DNA of 60,469 nucleotides, the filler included. It is 4 parts of 4 records of this genome, joined end to end, with 100 filler letters (N's around TTAATTAATTAA, not from the genome) between each part and the next. Parts side by side here need not be neighbours in the genome. Positions count along the whole stretch, not along the records: positions 1 to 30,154 come from SRR20825019_275; 3 more parts are not named here. One strand, given 5' to 3'. The translations under genes and the position numbers were made by a program. Positions 11,523-22,131 of this stretch are shown here, piece after piece. The stretch's first letter is position 1. Each line of letters opens with the position of its first letter. The notes under the pieces were generated by a model, which searched no databases, was not told where the DNA came from, and worked only from the letters and a program-made list of their open reading frames with translations.

Positions 11523-11931
11523 CAATGATCTCGTAGTCATGGGTAATAGTTGCGGTTTTAGCCAGCATCAGCGTGGCCGAGCAGTATTTCTCAGTAGACA
11601 TATTGATAGCACGCTCCACAAAGTTCGGTTTGACGTCTTTGCCGGTGATTTTGTAGTGAACATGGATGTTGGTATAGACCTTGGGGACTTCTTCACTGCG
11701 TTCACCATCGACCTCAACCACACAGTCCCGTACATCCTGACGTGATTTTTTCAGAATTTCCACCACATCAAACGCCGTGCAGCCCCCCATGCCGAGCAGC
11801 AACAGTTCCATCGGGCGCATGCCGGTACCATGGCCGCCAGCCTCTTCCGGACCGTCCATAACGACAGTATGACCGGTGCCTGACTCGCCAAGGAACATGA
11901 CATCTTCAACCCATTTCACTCGTGCTTTCAT
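11512..11931 (-). CDS. OsmC family protein (YhfA-like)
   Basis: RPMELLLLGMGGCT and EKYCSA two-Cys motifs; divergent from crp as in other gammaproteobacteria. Confidence 0.9.
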   Translation of the reverse strand: MKARVKWVEDVMFLGESGTGHTVVMDGPEEAGGHGTGMRPMELLLLGMGGCTAFDVVEILKKSRQDVRDCVVEVDGERSEEVPKVYTNIHVHYKITGKDVKPNFVERAINMSTEKYCSATLMLAKTATITHDYEIIDVD

Positions 11932-12048
11932 TAAAATGTTTCCCAAAGTTGATAAATAACTTTAATTTTGCCATATTTGTGAAATCGAAAACGAATTATA
12001 ACCGTTCGCGGCTGTATACTTCTCCCGGGTTTCAAATTGGACTAATGG

Positions 12049-12732
12049 ATGGAATATCACAAACATAAAGCACTCGAAGAAGGTCTGGCTGATTTCTTTC
12101 ACAGCTGCCACAGTAAATTTTATCCTGCAAAAAACATCATTATCCGTCCCGGTGATGCGGCAGACACGCTCTATTACATCCGCGAGGGCTCTGTCACCGT
12201 CTGCATGGAAAATGAAGAGGGTGAAGAGTTGATTGTTGCTTATCTCAATCAGGGCGACTTCATCGGCGAAATCGGCTTCTTTTCTGAGGTGGGCGACAGA
12301 ATGGTGACCATTCGTGCCAAAACCGATGTCAGAACAGAAGAGATTTCTTATCAGCAGATTCGTACACTTGCTGATACACAACTCAGTAATTGTTATGCTT
12401 TTTTGCTCTATACACTGGGTGAGCAAATGGCCAAACGATTACTCTCCACAACGCGTAAAGCCACTGACCTGGCGTTTCTTGACGTGGCAGGACGGGTGGA
12501 AGCCGCGCTGGCAGAGCTTTCAGCTCAGCCGGATGCTATTCGCCATCCTCATGGTACTCAAATCAAAGTCACCCGTCAGGAAATAAGCCGTATGGTCGGC
12601 TGTTCCCGTGAAATGGTCGGTCGCGTATTAAAAGAGCTGCAAGAAGGTAGTAAAGTCTGGGCCCACGGCAAAACCGTGATCGTCTATGACGAAGTGCACC
12701 GCGGAACCACCCCGGTTATCAAGAAGCTCTGA
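12049..12732 (+). CDS. crp: CRP/Vfr-family global transcription regulator
   Basis: cNMP domain GDFIGEIG..R, C-helix LAFLDVAGRV, HTH TRQEISRMVGCSREMVGRVLK. Confidence 0.88.
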   Translation: MEYHKHKALEEGLADFFHSCHSKFYPAKNIIIRPGDAADTLYYIREGSVTVCMENEEGEELIVAYLNQGDFIGEIGFFSEVGDRMVTIRAKTDVRTEEISYQQIRTLADTQLSNCYAFLLYTLGEQMAKRLLSTTRKATDLAFLDVAGRVEAALAELSAQPDAIRHPHGTQIKVTRQEISRMVGCSREMVGRVLKELQEGSKVWAHGKTVIVYDEVHRGTTPVIKKL

Positions 12733-12757
12733 TTTCTCAAAAAAAACTGATAACGAA

Positions 12758-13558
12758 TTAGAAAAACAGCTTTTCGAGCTGTTGCCCCGGGTCGTCTGCA
12801 CGCATGAAAGCTTCACCGACTAGGAAGCCGTTGACGTCGTTGTCTCGCATCAGTTTGACATCATCAGGCGTGTGAATACCGCTTTCAGTGACCACAATAT
12901 GCCCGTCAGGGATGCGGGGCAGTAAAGTGAGGGTGGTCTCCAGTGAGGTTTCGAATGTCCGCAGGTTGCGGTTGTTGATACCAATCAGCGGTACATTCAA
13001 CACCAGTGCGCGTTCCAGTTCATCGAGATCGTGCACTTCAACCAGCACATCCATACCCAGCTGTAATGCAAGCTGGCTCAGGTTTTCCAACTGGTTATCA
13101 TTGAGTGCTGAAACAATCAGCAGAATACAGTCAGCATTGATGGCGCGGGCTTCGAACACCTGGTAAGGGTCGATAATGAAATCTTTGCGAATGACCGGCA
13201 AGGTGCAAGCTTTACGGGCCTGTTGCAGATATTCTTCATGGCCCTGGAAAAAGTCTCGATCCGTCAGCACGGACAGGCAGGTCGCTCCATGTTTAGCATA
13301 GGTCTCGGCAATCTCGGCCGGCCGGAAGTCTTCACGTAGCAGGCCTTTACTGGGCGATGCTTTTTTGATCTCAGCAATCACACCTGGCTGACCATCAGCA
13401 ATTTTGCGTGACATGGCTTCAGTAAAGCCCCGCGGCTCATCAGCATGTTCAGCCAGTTGCTGCATTATCGCCAGAGGAATCTTTTTGCTGCGTTCAGCAA
13501 CTTCTTCCTGCTTGCGTTCAAGAATCTTGACCAGAATGTCGGGGGTATTTTCACTCAT
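12758..13558 (-). CDS. trpC: Indole-3-glycerol phosphate synthase
   Basis: [36 protein letters not shown]. Confidence 0.98.
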   Translation of the reverse strand: MSENTPDILVKILERKQEEVAERSKKIPLAIMQQLAEHADEPRGFTEAMSRKIADGQPGVIAEIKKASPSKGLLREDFRPAEIAETYAKHGATCLSVLTDRDFFQGHEEYLQQARKACTLPVIRKDFIIDPYQVFEARAINADCILLIVSALNDNQLENLSQLALQLGMDVLVEVHDLDELERALVLNVPLIGINNRNLRTFETSLETTLTLLPRIPDGHIVVTESGIHTPDDVKLMRDNDVNGFLVGEAFMRADDPGQQLEKLFF

Positions 13559-13567
13559 AATAATCTT

Positions 13568-14581
13568 CTAGCTTCGGCTGCTGACAATCAGCGCATTGAG
13601 TTTCTGTGAGGCTGCACCAGAATCGATGGCTGCTGCAGCCAGTTCGACACCCTGTTCCAGGCTGTCTGCAATGTCAGCAGCGTATATCGCGGCGCCGGCA
13701 TTCAGTACGACAATATCCCGGGCCGGGCCGGTTTCACCGTTAAATATCGCTTTAATAATATCCAGGCTGTCATTGGCATTTTTAACTGACAGACTTTTCA
13801 CATCACTGCGGCTCATGCCGAAGTCTTCCGGCTTGATAATGTAACTGTGGATCTCGTTATTTTTCAGTTCGGCCACATGGGTTTCAGCGCCGATGCTGAT
13901 TTCATCCAGACCGTCTTCGGCGTGAACAACCAGGACATGCTGGCTGCCCAGTTTCTGCAGCACTTCGGCCATGGGAACAACCCATTTTTTATCAAACACA
14001 CCGACTACCTGATGCGATGCGCGGGCAGGGTTGGTCAGCGGACCGAGCAGGTTGAATACGGTGCGTACACCCATTTCCCGGCGCGGGCCAATGGCATGTT
14101 TCATTGCGCCATGATGCTTCTGGGCGAACATAAAACCAACGCCCACGCTTTCGATACAGTGCTTAACCTGTTCCGGCGTCAGTTCCAGGTTCACCCCGGC
14201 GGCTTCCAGCACATCGGCACTGCCGGAACTGCTGCTGATGGAGCGGTTACCATGCTTGGCAACTTGAGCACCGGCTGCTGCCACCACAAAGGCGCTGGCG
14301 GTAGAAACATTGAAAGTACTGGCACCGTCGCCGCCGGTACCACAGGTATCGACCACATGGTCACCCTGAATCTCGACCGGGGTGGCGAGGGAGCGCATGA
14401 CTTCTGCCGCAGCGGCAATTTCAGTGACGGTTTCACCTTTCATGCTCAGCCCAATCAGGAAACCACCGATTTGAGCCGGTGTCGCATGGCCGGTCATGAT
14501 TTGATTCATCACATCGCGCATTTGCTCGGCGCTCAGATCCTGATGCTGGGTGACAAGTTTGAGGGCGGCTTGAATGTCCAT
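13568..14581 (-). CDS. trpD: Anthranilate phosphoribosyltransferase
   Basis: [35 protein letters not shown]. Confidence 0.98.
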   Translation of the reverse strand: MDIQAALKLVTQHQDLSAEQMRDVMNQIMTGHATPAQIGGFLIGLSMKGETVTEIAAAAEVMRSLATPVEIQGDHVVDTCGTGGDGASTFNVSTASAFVVAAAGAQVAKHGNRSISSSSGSADVLEAAGVNLELTPEQVKHCIESVGVGFMFAQKHHGAMKHAIGPRREMGVRTVFNLLGPLTNPARASHQVVGVFDKKWVVPMAEVLQKLGSQHVLVVHAEDGLDEISIGAETHVAELKNNEIHSYIIKPEDFGMSRSDVKSLSVKNANDSLDIIKAIFNGETGPARDIVVLNAGAAIYAADIADSLEQGVELAAAAIDSGAASQKLNALIVSSRS

Positions 14582-14590
14582 GCTCAGGTC

Positions 14591-15169
14591 CTATCGATCC
14601 AGGAAGTTTTTCAATAATTCATGACCCTGCTCGGTCATAATAGACTCGGGGTGAAACTGAACGCCTTCAATAGGTAGGGTTTTATGTTCGATACCCATAA
14701 TTTCATCTACTTCGCCATTGTCAGTTTCAGTCCATGCGGTGATATTGAAACAATCCGGTAGCGTCTCTTTTTTTACTACCAGCGAGTGGTAACGGGTCGC
14801 TTCCAGCGGATTGTTGAGGCCGCGGAACACGCTACTGTTATTGTGATAAACCTTCGAGGTTTTGCCATGCATAATTTCACGGGCATGCACTACTTCACCG
14901 CCAAAAACCTGACCAATAGCCTGGTGACCCAAACAAACGCCCAGCAACGGTTTTTTACCGGCAAAGTGTTTAATCACTGCCATTGAAATACCCGCTTCAT
15001 TGGGCGTGCAGGGACCCGGCGAGAGCACGATTTTGTCCGGGTTCAGCGCCTCGATATCATCAATGGTAATTTTGTCATTACGGTGTACGACCACTTCCTG
15101 TCCCAATTCAGCAAAGTACTGCACCAGGTTGTAGGTAAAAGAGTCATAGTTATCGATCATTAACAGCAT
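14591..15169 (-). CDS. trpG: Anthranilate synthase component II (glutamine amidotransferase)
   Basis: [33 protein letters not shown]. Confidence 0.96.
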   Translation of the reverse strand: MLLMIDNYDSFTYNLVQYFAELGQEVVVHRNDKITIDDIEALNPDKIVLSPGPCTPNEAGISMAVIKHFAGKKPLLGVCLGHQAIGQVFGGEVVHAREIMHGKTSKVYHNNSSVFRGLNNPLEATRYHSLVVKKETLPDCFNITAWTETDNGEVDEIMGIEHKTLPIEGVQFHPESIMTEQGHELLKNFLDR

Positions 15170-15183
15170 AAATGTGTCCCGGC

Positions 15184-16680
15184 TCAGTCTTCTGCATGCG
15201 GATCGGCTTCAAGACCGGCTTCCGCCATGGCAACAGCACGGAAGATGGCTCTTGCCTTGTTCATGGTTTCTTTCCATTCCAGTTCCGGAATCGAATCATA
15301 GACGATACCGGCCCCAGCCTGAATATGCAGCGTATTATCTTTAATCACAGCGGTACGGATGGCTATGGCCGTGTCCATATTGCCGGACCAGGACAGGTAA
15401 CCGACCGCACCGGCGTAGACACCGCGTTTGACCGGTTCGAATTCATCGATGATTTCCATGGCCCGAACTTTGGGGGCACCACTGACGGTACCGGCCGGGA
15501 AAGTGGCACGCAGCGCATCAATAGCTGACATTCCGTCCAGTACCTTGCCAGTCACATTAGACACAATATGCATGACGTGAGAGTAGCGTTCGATAACCAT
15601 TTTGTCCGTCAGTTCAACGGTGCCGGTCTGACTGACACGGCCAATATCATTCCGCCCCAGATCAATCAGCATCAGATGTTCAGCCAGTTCTTTCGGATCG
15701 GCGAGCAGTTCCTGTTCCAGCACAATGTCTTCCTCTTCGGTCTTACCACGACGACGGGTGCCGGCTATCGGTCTGACCGTGACTTCCTGATCTTCCATCC
15801 GCACCAGAATTTCCGGTGAGGAACCGACGACATGGAAGTCTTTGAGGTTGAGATAGTACATATAAGGTGAAGGGTTCAGCGTGCGCAAGGAACGGTACAT
15901 ATCCACCGGTTGTGCCGCGAACGGAATTGACAGCCGCTGTGACAGCACCACCTGCATAATGTCACCGTCATTGATGTACTGTTTGGCTTTTTCTACAGCA
16001 TCAATAAAGCCATCATGGGTAAAGCCGGAAACAAAATCTTCCTCATTCACCCGGCGTCTTTCGCCTTTCCGTTGGAACTTAGGTGTGGTGTTACGCAGCG
16101 TCAGAATCAAATCATCAAGCCGCGATTGAGCACGCTCATAGGCTTTATCCTGTGACGGATCAGCATGAACGATCAGATAAAGACGGCCACTGAGGTTGTC
16201 GAACACAACCAACTCATCCGAGACCATCAGCATGATATCCGGGCAGTTCAGGGGATCGGAAGCAGGAGCGTCACCCAGCCGGGTTTCCACGTAACGAACT
16301 GTGTCGTAGCCGAAATAGCCGACCAGACCACCGTTGAACTTGGGTAGATGGCCAATCTCGGGCACTTTGAAACGATGCTGGAATTGTTCAACCCAACTGA
16401 GCGGATCGTCGCTTTTATCGGTTTCGATAATCTCGCCCTGATGTTCGACGCTGATATCAAAGCCGTGAATACGAACAACGGTTTCACAGGGCAGGCCGAT
16501 AATCGAATAACGTCCCCATTTCTCACCACCCTGAACGGATTCGAATAAATAGGAATAGGGCGCATCGGCCAGTTTGAGGTAAGTACTGAGTGGGGTATCA
16601 AGATCAGCCAGTACTTCCCGTGCCAGCGGGATGCGGTTGTAGCCTTCAGCGGCCAGTTGTTCGAATTCTGCCTGTTTCAT
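15184..16680 (-). CDS. trpE: Anthranilate synthase component I
   Basis: [44 protein letters not shown]. Confidence 0.97.
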   Translation of the reverse strand: MKQAEFEQLAAEGYNRIPLAREVLADLDTPLSTYLKLADAPYSYLFESVQGGEKWGRYSIIGLPCETVVRIHGFDISVEHQGEIIETDKSDDPLSWVEQFQHRFKVPEIGHLPKFNGGLVGYFGYDTVRYVETRLGDAPASDPLNCPDIMLMVSDELVVFDNLSGRLYLIVHADPSQDKAYERAQSRLDDLILTLRNTTPKFQRKGERRRVNEEDFVSGFTHDGFIDAVEKAKQYINDGDIMQVVLSQRLSIPFAAQPVDMYRSLRTLNPSPYMYYLNLKDFHVVGSSPEILVRMEDQEVTVRPIAGTRRRGKTEEEDIVLEQELLADPKELAEHLMLIDLGRNDIGRVSQTGTVELTDKMVIERYSHVMHIVSNVTGKVLDGMSAIDALRATFPAGTVSGAPKVRAMEIIDEFEPVKRGVYAGAVGYLSWSGNMDTAIAIRTAVIKDNTLHIQAGAGIVYDSIPELEWKETMNKARAIFRAVAMAEAGLEADPHAED

Positions 16681-16689
16681 CGCTTCTAT

Positions 16690-17358
16690 CTAAAATAAGC
16701 CTTCCAGCTCTGTAAAACTATCAATGACGGCATCCGCTTCGGCGCTGTGGATATCGGCACCGTGGTTGTAGCCGTAGCTCATACAAACAATTCTGAATCC
16801 GGCAGCGCGGGCAGCTTTGACATCACTGATGGAGTCGCCAATCATCAACGCTTTGTCGGTGCTGACACCGAAAAATTCCGCGCCATAGAGCAGCGGTGCC
16901 GGATGCGGTTTTTTCTGCGGCAGACTATCACCGCTTATCACCACATCAAAAAAATGCCGAATTCCCAGTGTGTCGAGAATCGGCAGCGTAAATGCTTCAT
17001 CTTTATTAGTGACACAGCCCATTTTTATCTGCTGGGACTGCAGCCACCGGAGTCCGGCCTCGACATCGGGATAGAGATGACTGAGCCGGCAACTATTGTC
17101 TTTATACAGGGACATGAATAGCGGCGCAGCTTTGGCATATAGCGCCGCATCAGGTTCACCATCCATATCACCGGTGAGGGCACGTTTTATCAGTTTTTCA
17201 ACGCCATTGCCCACCCATTGTCTGACTTCGCTTTCAGCACAGGGCGGATAGTGTAGCGTTTCAAGCATGCGGGCAGCGCACCAGGCCAGATCCGGCACGC
17301 TGTCAACCAGCGTGCCGTCCAGATCGATCAGCACGATCTCGGGTTTGTTTAAGCCCAT
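16690..17358 (-). CDS. gph: Phosphoglycolate phosphatase
   Basis: HAD motifs DLDGTLVDS, VTNK, KKPHP, IGDS..D; rpe-gph-trpE order. Confidence 0.93.
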   Translation of the reverse strand: MGLNKPEIVLIDLDGTLVDSVPDLAWCAARMLETLHYPPCAESEVRQWVGNGVEKLIKRALTGDMDGEPDAALYAKAAPLFMSLYKDNSCRLSHLYPDVEAGLRWLQSQQIKMGCVTNKDEAFTLPILDTLGIRHFFDVVISGDSLPQKKPHPAPLLYGAEFFGVSTDKALMIGDSISDVKAARAAGFRIVCMSYGYNHGADIHSAEADAVIDSFTELEGLF

Positions 17359-17367
17359 GTAAGGTGA

Positions 17368-18060
17368 TTAAACGTTGGCTTTGGCCAGTTCCTCGCGCAT
17401 TTCCGCGATAATGCTTTCGTATTTGTTCGGATCGCTGTCTTTGGCAGCACCGAATACGGCAGAACCGGCGACGAAGGTACGGGCGCCTGCTTCAGCGATT
17501 TCACGGATGTTTTTAACGTTAACACCGCCATCGATTTCCAGATCGATGTCATAGCCGCTTTCGTCAATCATCTTCCGGGCCTGACGCAGTTTATCCAGTG
17601 TGTGCGGGATGAATTTCTGACCACCGAAACCAGGATTCACTGACATAAGCAGGATACGATCGACTTTGTCCAGCACGTGTTCCGCCAGCGTCAGCGGGGT
17701 TGCCGGGTTGAATACCAGACCGGTTTTACAGCCTTCCGCTTTGACCAGTTGCAGGCTGCGGTCAATATGATCAGAGGCTTCCGGGTGGAAAGTAATGAAC
17801 GTCGCGCCGGCTTTGGCAAAATCTGGAATGATACGGTCAACCGGCTTCACCATGAGATGAACGTCGATTTCATGGGTGACACCGTGCTTACGCAGTGCCT
17901 CACACACCAGCGGACCAATGGTCAGGTTGGGCACGTAGTGATTGTCCATGACGTCGAAGTGAACAATATCGGCACCGGAAGCCAGTACGTTGTCGACTTC
18001 TTCACCCAGGCGGGCAAAGTCGGCAGACAGAATAGACGGAGCAATTTTAAATTCAGCCAT
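17368..18060 (-). CDS. rpe: Ribulose-phosphate 3-epimerase
   Basis: [39 protein letters not shown]. Confidence 0.98.
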   Translation of the reverse strand: MAEFKIAPSILSADFARLGEEVDNVLASGADIVHFDVMDNHYVPNLTIGPLVCEALRKHGVTHEIDVHLMVKPVDRIIPDFAKAGATFITFHPEASDHIDRSLQLVKAEGCKTGLVFNPATPLTLAEHVLDKVDRILLMSVNPGFGGQKFIPHTLDKLRQARKMIDESGYDIDLEIDGGVNVKNIREIAEAGARTFVAGSAVFGAAKDSDPNKYESIIAEMREELAKANV

Positions 18061-18189
18061 GTTGATCTCTCTTAAAACTTTAGGTTTAGAAATGCTGTAT
18101 AAACCCGATACTTTACCGTATCAGGTCTCATTTTTCAGCTTTTGAAAAGATTCTGCAGTGATTATACTGAGCTGTGCGGATATAACAGG

Positions 18190-19065
18190 ATGGAGCGGAG
18201 TTTGCAAAACGTTTTAAAAAGCGGTCTTCTGGCGCTGCTGATACTTTTCAGCCAAGCTTTGACTGCTGCTGACGAAAATGCTGAAACAGCGCAATCCGAT
18301 CTCTCAGTTTTGCGTCAGAGCGGCGAGGTTAATGGTTATCTGACGTTGCCCGTCGGCGATAACAAGGTGGATGCCACACTGATACCGGATCGCTCGGGAC
18401 GCGCTTACGGTAAAGTTCTGATTCTTCATGACAGCAATGATGGGATAGACAGCCCCGGCCTGATTAGTACCTTGCGTCTGGGTTTACCGGACTCAGGCTG
18501 GACAACAATGACAGTTGCTATGTCTTATCCCCAAGAACCCAATATCTATCTGGGCACAACCACAGCATCTGTTGCCCAGCCAACGCTTGCTGCCAGTGAA
18601 GCCAAGGCAAGCCTACCGGAAGAAGAAACCGATAAAGAAGCTGATGCAGGCAATGATAAACAAGTGCCTGCGGATAATTCTGCTCGGGTCAGCGCAGCGT
18701 TGGCCTACCTGAATGCCCAGCAACCTGGTACCACGGTGGTTCTGGCTGTGGGCGATGCAGCAAAGCTGGCAGATGCACTGGCAGGTCAAATGGATGAGCA
18801 GAGCGGTCTTATCTGGATTCGCCCCAATGTTGAGCTTAATGTTTTACCTTCCATCATGCCCATTCTCGACATTGCACCGACGCTGCCCGGTCGGATGAAC
18901 GAGGAGGCCCGGGCGCGGCGCGTTTTCATGCAGCAGCAACAGGTCGAAAATTATGCTCAGCGGCTGATCAGTGGTGCCGGCTACCGCTTTTACGGTTTTG
19001 AACAACGGGTACTGAGTTATGTGCGTGGCTGGCTGGCAAAGCAGTTTGTTGAGGCTGAGAACTAA
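18190..19065 (+). CDS. Exported DUF3530-like alpha/beta-fold protein
   Basis: N-terminal signal peptide; LILHD...D.PG.I..LR..L...GW.T pattern and C-terminal VRGWL; start uncertain. Confidence 0.6.
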   Translation: MERSLQNVLKSGLLALLILFSQALTAADENAETAQSDLSVLRQSGEVNGYLTLPVGDNKVDATLIPDRSGRAYGKVLILHDSNDGIDSPGLISTLRLGLPDSGWTTMTVAMSYPQEPNIYLGTTTASVAQPTLAASEAKASLPEEETDKEADAGNDKQVPADNSARVSAALAYLNAQQPGTTVVLAVGDAAKLADALAGQMDEQSGLIWIRPNVELNVLPSIMPILDIAPTLPGRMNEEARARRVFMQQQQVENYAQRLISGAGYRFYGFEQRVLSYVRGWLAKQFVEAEN

Positions 19066-19871
19066 TGCGTATTTATGGCGATGGCACGCTGGTACATCAG
19101 GCCCAGACCGATGAGGGCATTATCGAAGTGGTCGACAGTGGTGATAGTCGTTCGCTGCATTTCGGCACATTCCCACGACAGAGCAGCATGCGTTTCAGTG
19201 ACCCTGCCTATCTGGAATTGAGTTATACACAAGCCATGATGGGGTGTCTGCTACTCAATCCTTTACCACAACGGGTGTTAGTCATCGGTCTTGGCGGTGG
19301 TTCAGTGGTCAAGTTCCTGTTGCATCATTTTCCGCAATGTCAGATTGATGTGGTGGAATATCGTCGTGATGTGATCGATGTTGCCGGGCGTTATTTCAAT
19401 GTGCCACTCACCGACCCGAGGCTTAACATCATGCAGGGTGACGGTTATCTGCATGTCAGTCAGCTGTTTTACGAGACTGATCTGAGTTACGACCTGTTAC
19501 TGGTCGATGCCTATGATCACAACGGTATGGCGTCCAGTATTGGTGTTCAGCCGTTTTTTGATGCCTGCGCCGGCATTATGACTGTGAACGGTGTTATGAG
19601 CATCAACCTCTGGGGAAGTGACCGCGCCACCTTCAACACCACTATGCAGCAGATTAACCAGAGCTTTGCCGGCCGTTCAATGCTGTTGCCGGTCGAAAAC
19701 AAAGGGAATGTGATTGCACTGGCAACGCAATTCGAGGTCAATCATCGCGATCTCAAGCTGTTGCGGGGAAGCGTTGATGAACAGGAAATGCGTTACCGGG
19801 TAAATCTGCCCAAGGCCTTGCAGAACCTGATACGGCAGAACCGTAATTTCATCAGTCGCTTGTTTGCCTGA
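19065..19871 (+). CDS. Spermidine-synthase-like SAM-dependent methyltransferase
   Basis: VLVIGLGGG, DVVE, GDG, DLLLVDAY Rossmann motifs; QSSM...L.L.YT.AMM. Confidence 0.8.
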   Translation: MRIYGDGTLVHQAQTDEGIIEVVDSGDSRSLHFGTFPRQSSMRFSDPAYLELSYTQAMMGCLLLNPLPQRVLVIGLGGGSVVKFLLHHFPQCQIDVVEYRRDVIDVAGRYFNVPLTDPRLNIMQGDGYLHVSQLFYETDLSYDLLLVDAYDHNGMASSIGVQPFFDACAGIMTVNGVMSINLWGSDRATFNTTMQQINQSFAGRSMLLPVENKGNVIALATQFEVNHRDLKLLRGSVDEQEMRYRVNLPKALQNLIRQNRNFISRLFA

Positions 19872-21064
19872 TGACAGAGACTCTCTTCCTAAGCCTGGGA
19901 TTATTGCTGGTCACCGGCCTGTTGTTCAGTCTGGTTGCAGCCCGTTTCCGGCTGCCCAGGATTGCACTGTATGCACTTGCAGGCTTGCTCTGGTCACAAG
20001 ATTTGCTGGGCGGGGTATTCAACCTGCAACTGGGCAACTGGTCGGCCGCACTCACAGATACCGCACTGGCCTTGATTGCTTATCTGATAGGGGGCTCAGT
20101 CACTGCCAGACAGCTCAAAAGACTGGGCAGCACCATTGTTTTTTGTACCGCAGGTGAAGTCCTGGGGGCTGCCTTACTGGTCTTTGTTGCTGTGCTGTTA
20201 TTTCTGCAGGGGCTGCCAGAAGTGATATTAGTCTCAGCCGCTCTGGCTGTTCTGGCCGCGAGCACGGCACCGGCTGCTACCGTCGCAGTGATACATGAAT
20301 ATCAGAGTCACGGGCCTTTAACGACAACCTTGCTGGGGGTAGTCGCCCTGGACGATGCCGTCGGCATTATCCTGTTTTCACTGCTCTTGGCCGTGACCAC
20401 CGGCGACAGTATGTCTTCTGTCATATCAATGGCGGGGATTGAAATTGGCGGCGCACTCATGCTTGGCGCTGTATTGGGCTGGAGCCTGGCTTTTTTCGGT
20501 CATCTTGTGAAAAACCCGCTTTTCTTTCTGCCGATGGTACTGAGTGCCATTCTGCTCGGTCAGGGGCTTGCCGAAATCTGGCATTGCTCGCCGTTGCTGA
20601 CAGCAATGTCATTGGGCTTTGTAGCGAGGGCGACCTTCAAATCGGGAGGCGAGCGTTTGCTCGCACCGGTCGAATATCTGGAAGAACTGGTTTTTCTGGT
20701 ATTTTTTACCCTGGCCGGTGCCCATTTCGATCTCAGCGTCATGCTGGGCGGCATCGAACTGGTTTTAATATACGTGCTGGCCCGGGTATTGGGTAAAATG
20801 GCGGGTACAAATGTGGCTGCCAGAGTGATTCATGCGCCGGATAATGTACGTCGTTATTTAGGCCTGGCAGTTGTTCCGCAGGCAGGTATCGCGATAGGTC
20901 TGGCTTTATCGTTAGTGAATCATCCGGTTTTTGCCGATAGTGGCCTGCTGATCGTCAACGTGATTCTGGCCAGTACAGTGATATACGAACTGCTTGGGCC
21001 GCTTGCGACGCGCTATGCTCTGCAACAGGCAGGAGAAATCAGCCGGAGCCAGACCGATGAGTGA
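19871..21064 (+). CDS. Cation:proton antiporter (CPA2/Kef-type membrane domain)
   Basis: ~12 hydrophobic segments, STAPAAT and VVALDDA motifs, PQAGIAIGL. Confidence 0.87.
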   Translation: MTETLFLSLGLLLVTGLLFSLVAARFRLPRIALYALAGLLWSQDLLGGVFNLQLGNWSAALTDTALALIAYLIGGSVTARQLKRLGSTIVFCTAGEVLGAALLVFVAVLLFLQGLPEVILVSAALAVLAASTAPAATVAVIHEYQSHGPLTTTLLGVVALDDAVGIILFSLLLAVTTGDSMSSVISMAGIEIGGALMLGAVLGWSLAFFGHLVKNPLFFLPMVLSAILLGQGLAEIWHCSPLLTAMSLGFVARATFKSGGERLLAPVEYLEELVFLVFFTLAGAHFDLSVMLGGIELVLIYVLARVLGKMAGTNVAARVIHAPDNVRRYLGLAVVPQAGIAIGLALSLVNHPVFADSGLLIVNVILASTVIYELLGPLATRYALQQAGEISRSQTDE

Positions 21065-21491
21065 GCGAATTATCGAACAAAGCGTGGGGGAGTGGCTGCA
21101 GGAGCATCCCACAGAAATGGTACTTGTTGCGCCGGACATGCCATTACTGGAGATTGTCAGAGCATTGTTGAATAAAGATGCTCGTGATGCCTATGTGGTC
21201 GAGAATGAGCGTGTCCTTGGGCACTTGGGTTTTAACAATCTGGTTAATCATTTGTTTACCCAGGAGCGGCCGGTGCATTCCCATAGACAATTATTTGCCC
21301 GGGTTGCACTGCCAAATGCAGCAGAGTTAATGGACCCGCATTTCGCTTATTGTCGCGAAGATGAACGGATTAACCGGATTTTGCACAGACAGTTGCAGTG
21401 TGATGTCAGTGATTTGGTAGTATTAGCATCGGATAACACCCCAATCGGGGTCATTAAACTGACGGAAGTAGTTCGGGAAAGTCTTCAATGA
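21057..21491 (+). CDS. Stand-alone CBS-pair protein
   Basis: Two CBS-like repeats (YVVENERVLGHL; LVVLASDNTPIGVI); ATG overlaps the antiporter 3' end. Confidence 0.7.
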   Translation: MSERIIEQSVGEWLQEHPTEMVLVAPDMPLLEIVRALLNKDARDAYVVENERVLGHLGFNNLVNHLFTQERPVHSHRQLFARVALPNAAELMDPHFAYCREDERINRILHRQLQCDVSDLVVLASDNTPIGVIKLTEVVRESLQ

Positions 21492-22051
21492 AAAAATTGT
21501 CAGTCTCAGCTTTGTTAATGCTGGTGCTGCTGGCCTGGCAGTTGCCGGCTTCGGCCACAGGTGATTATAAGCTGCTGATCAAGCGTTCGGAACAGCGACT
21601 GATCGTGCAAAAAGACGGGAAACCAGTGCGCACTTTCCATGTGGCGCTTGGCAGTGGTGGCAGAAGTGGCAAACTTCAGGCCGGTGATCGTAAAACCCCG
21701 CTGGGTGAATATCACATCGTTCAGGTTCGCGACAGTGATCGTTTTCACCTGTTTATCCAGCTTGACTATCCCAGTGTCCGTGATGCGATTAATGCGCTCA
21801 AAGCTGATCGAATCAGCAAAGCAGAATACCGCAAGATCCTTGATGCCCATATCTTCGGGCAATTGCCACCCCAGAATACCTCTCTGGGCGGTGCCATCGG
21901 TATCCATGGCATTGGTGAGGAAACCAAAGATAAACTGGAAATCCACCAACTGGCTAACTGGACCCAGGGCTGTATCGCATTACGTAATAACGAAGTTGAG
22001 CAATTGACCCGCTATATCGACAAAGGCACGATGGTCACTATCACTGACTAA
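21488..22051 (+). CDS. L,D-transpeptidase (YkuD family), exported
   Basis: Signal peptide, GDRKTPLGEY, IGIHG...WTQGCIAL catalytic His/Cys motif. Confidence 0.9.
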   Translation: MKKLSVSALLMLVLLAWQLPASATGDYKLLIKRSEQRLIVQKDGKPVRTFHVALGSGGRSGKLQAGDRKTPLGEYHIVQVRDSDRFHLFIQLDYPSVRDAINALKADRISKAEYRKILDAHIFGQLPPQNTSLGGAIGIHGIGEETKDKLEIHQLANWTQGCIALRNNEVEQLTRYIDKGTMVTITD

Positions 22052-22131
22052 GCTGTCGTTAAATCCCTGCTTCAGGTATCTGAATTTGGTAGAATAATGC
22101 CAATTTCTGTCTGCTCTCTCCCGAGGACCTG

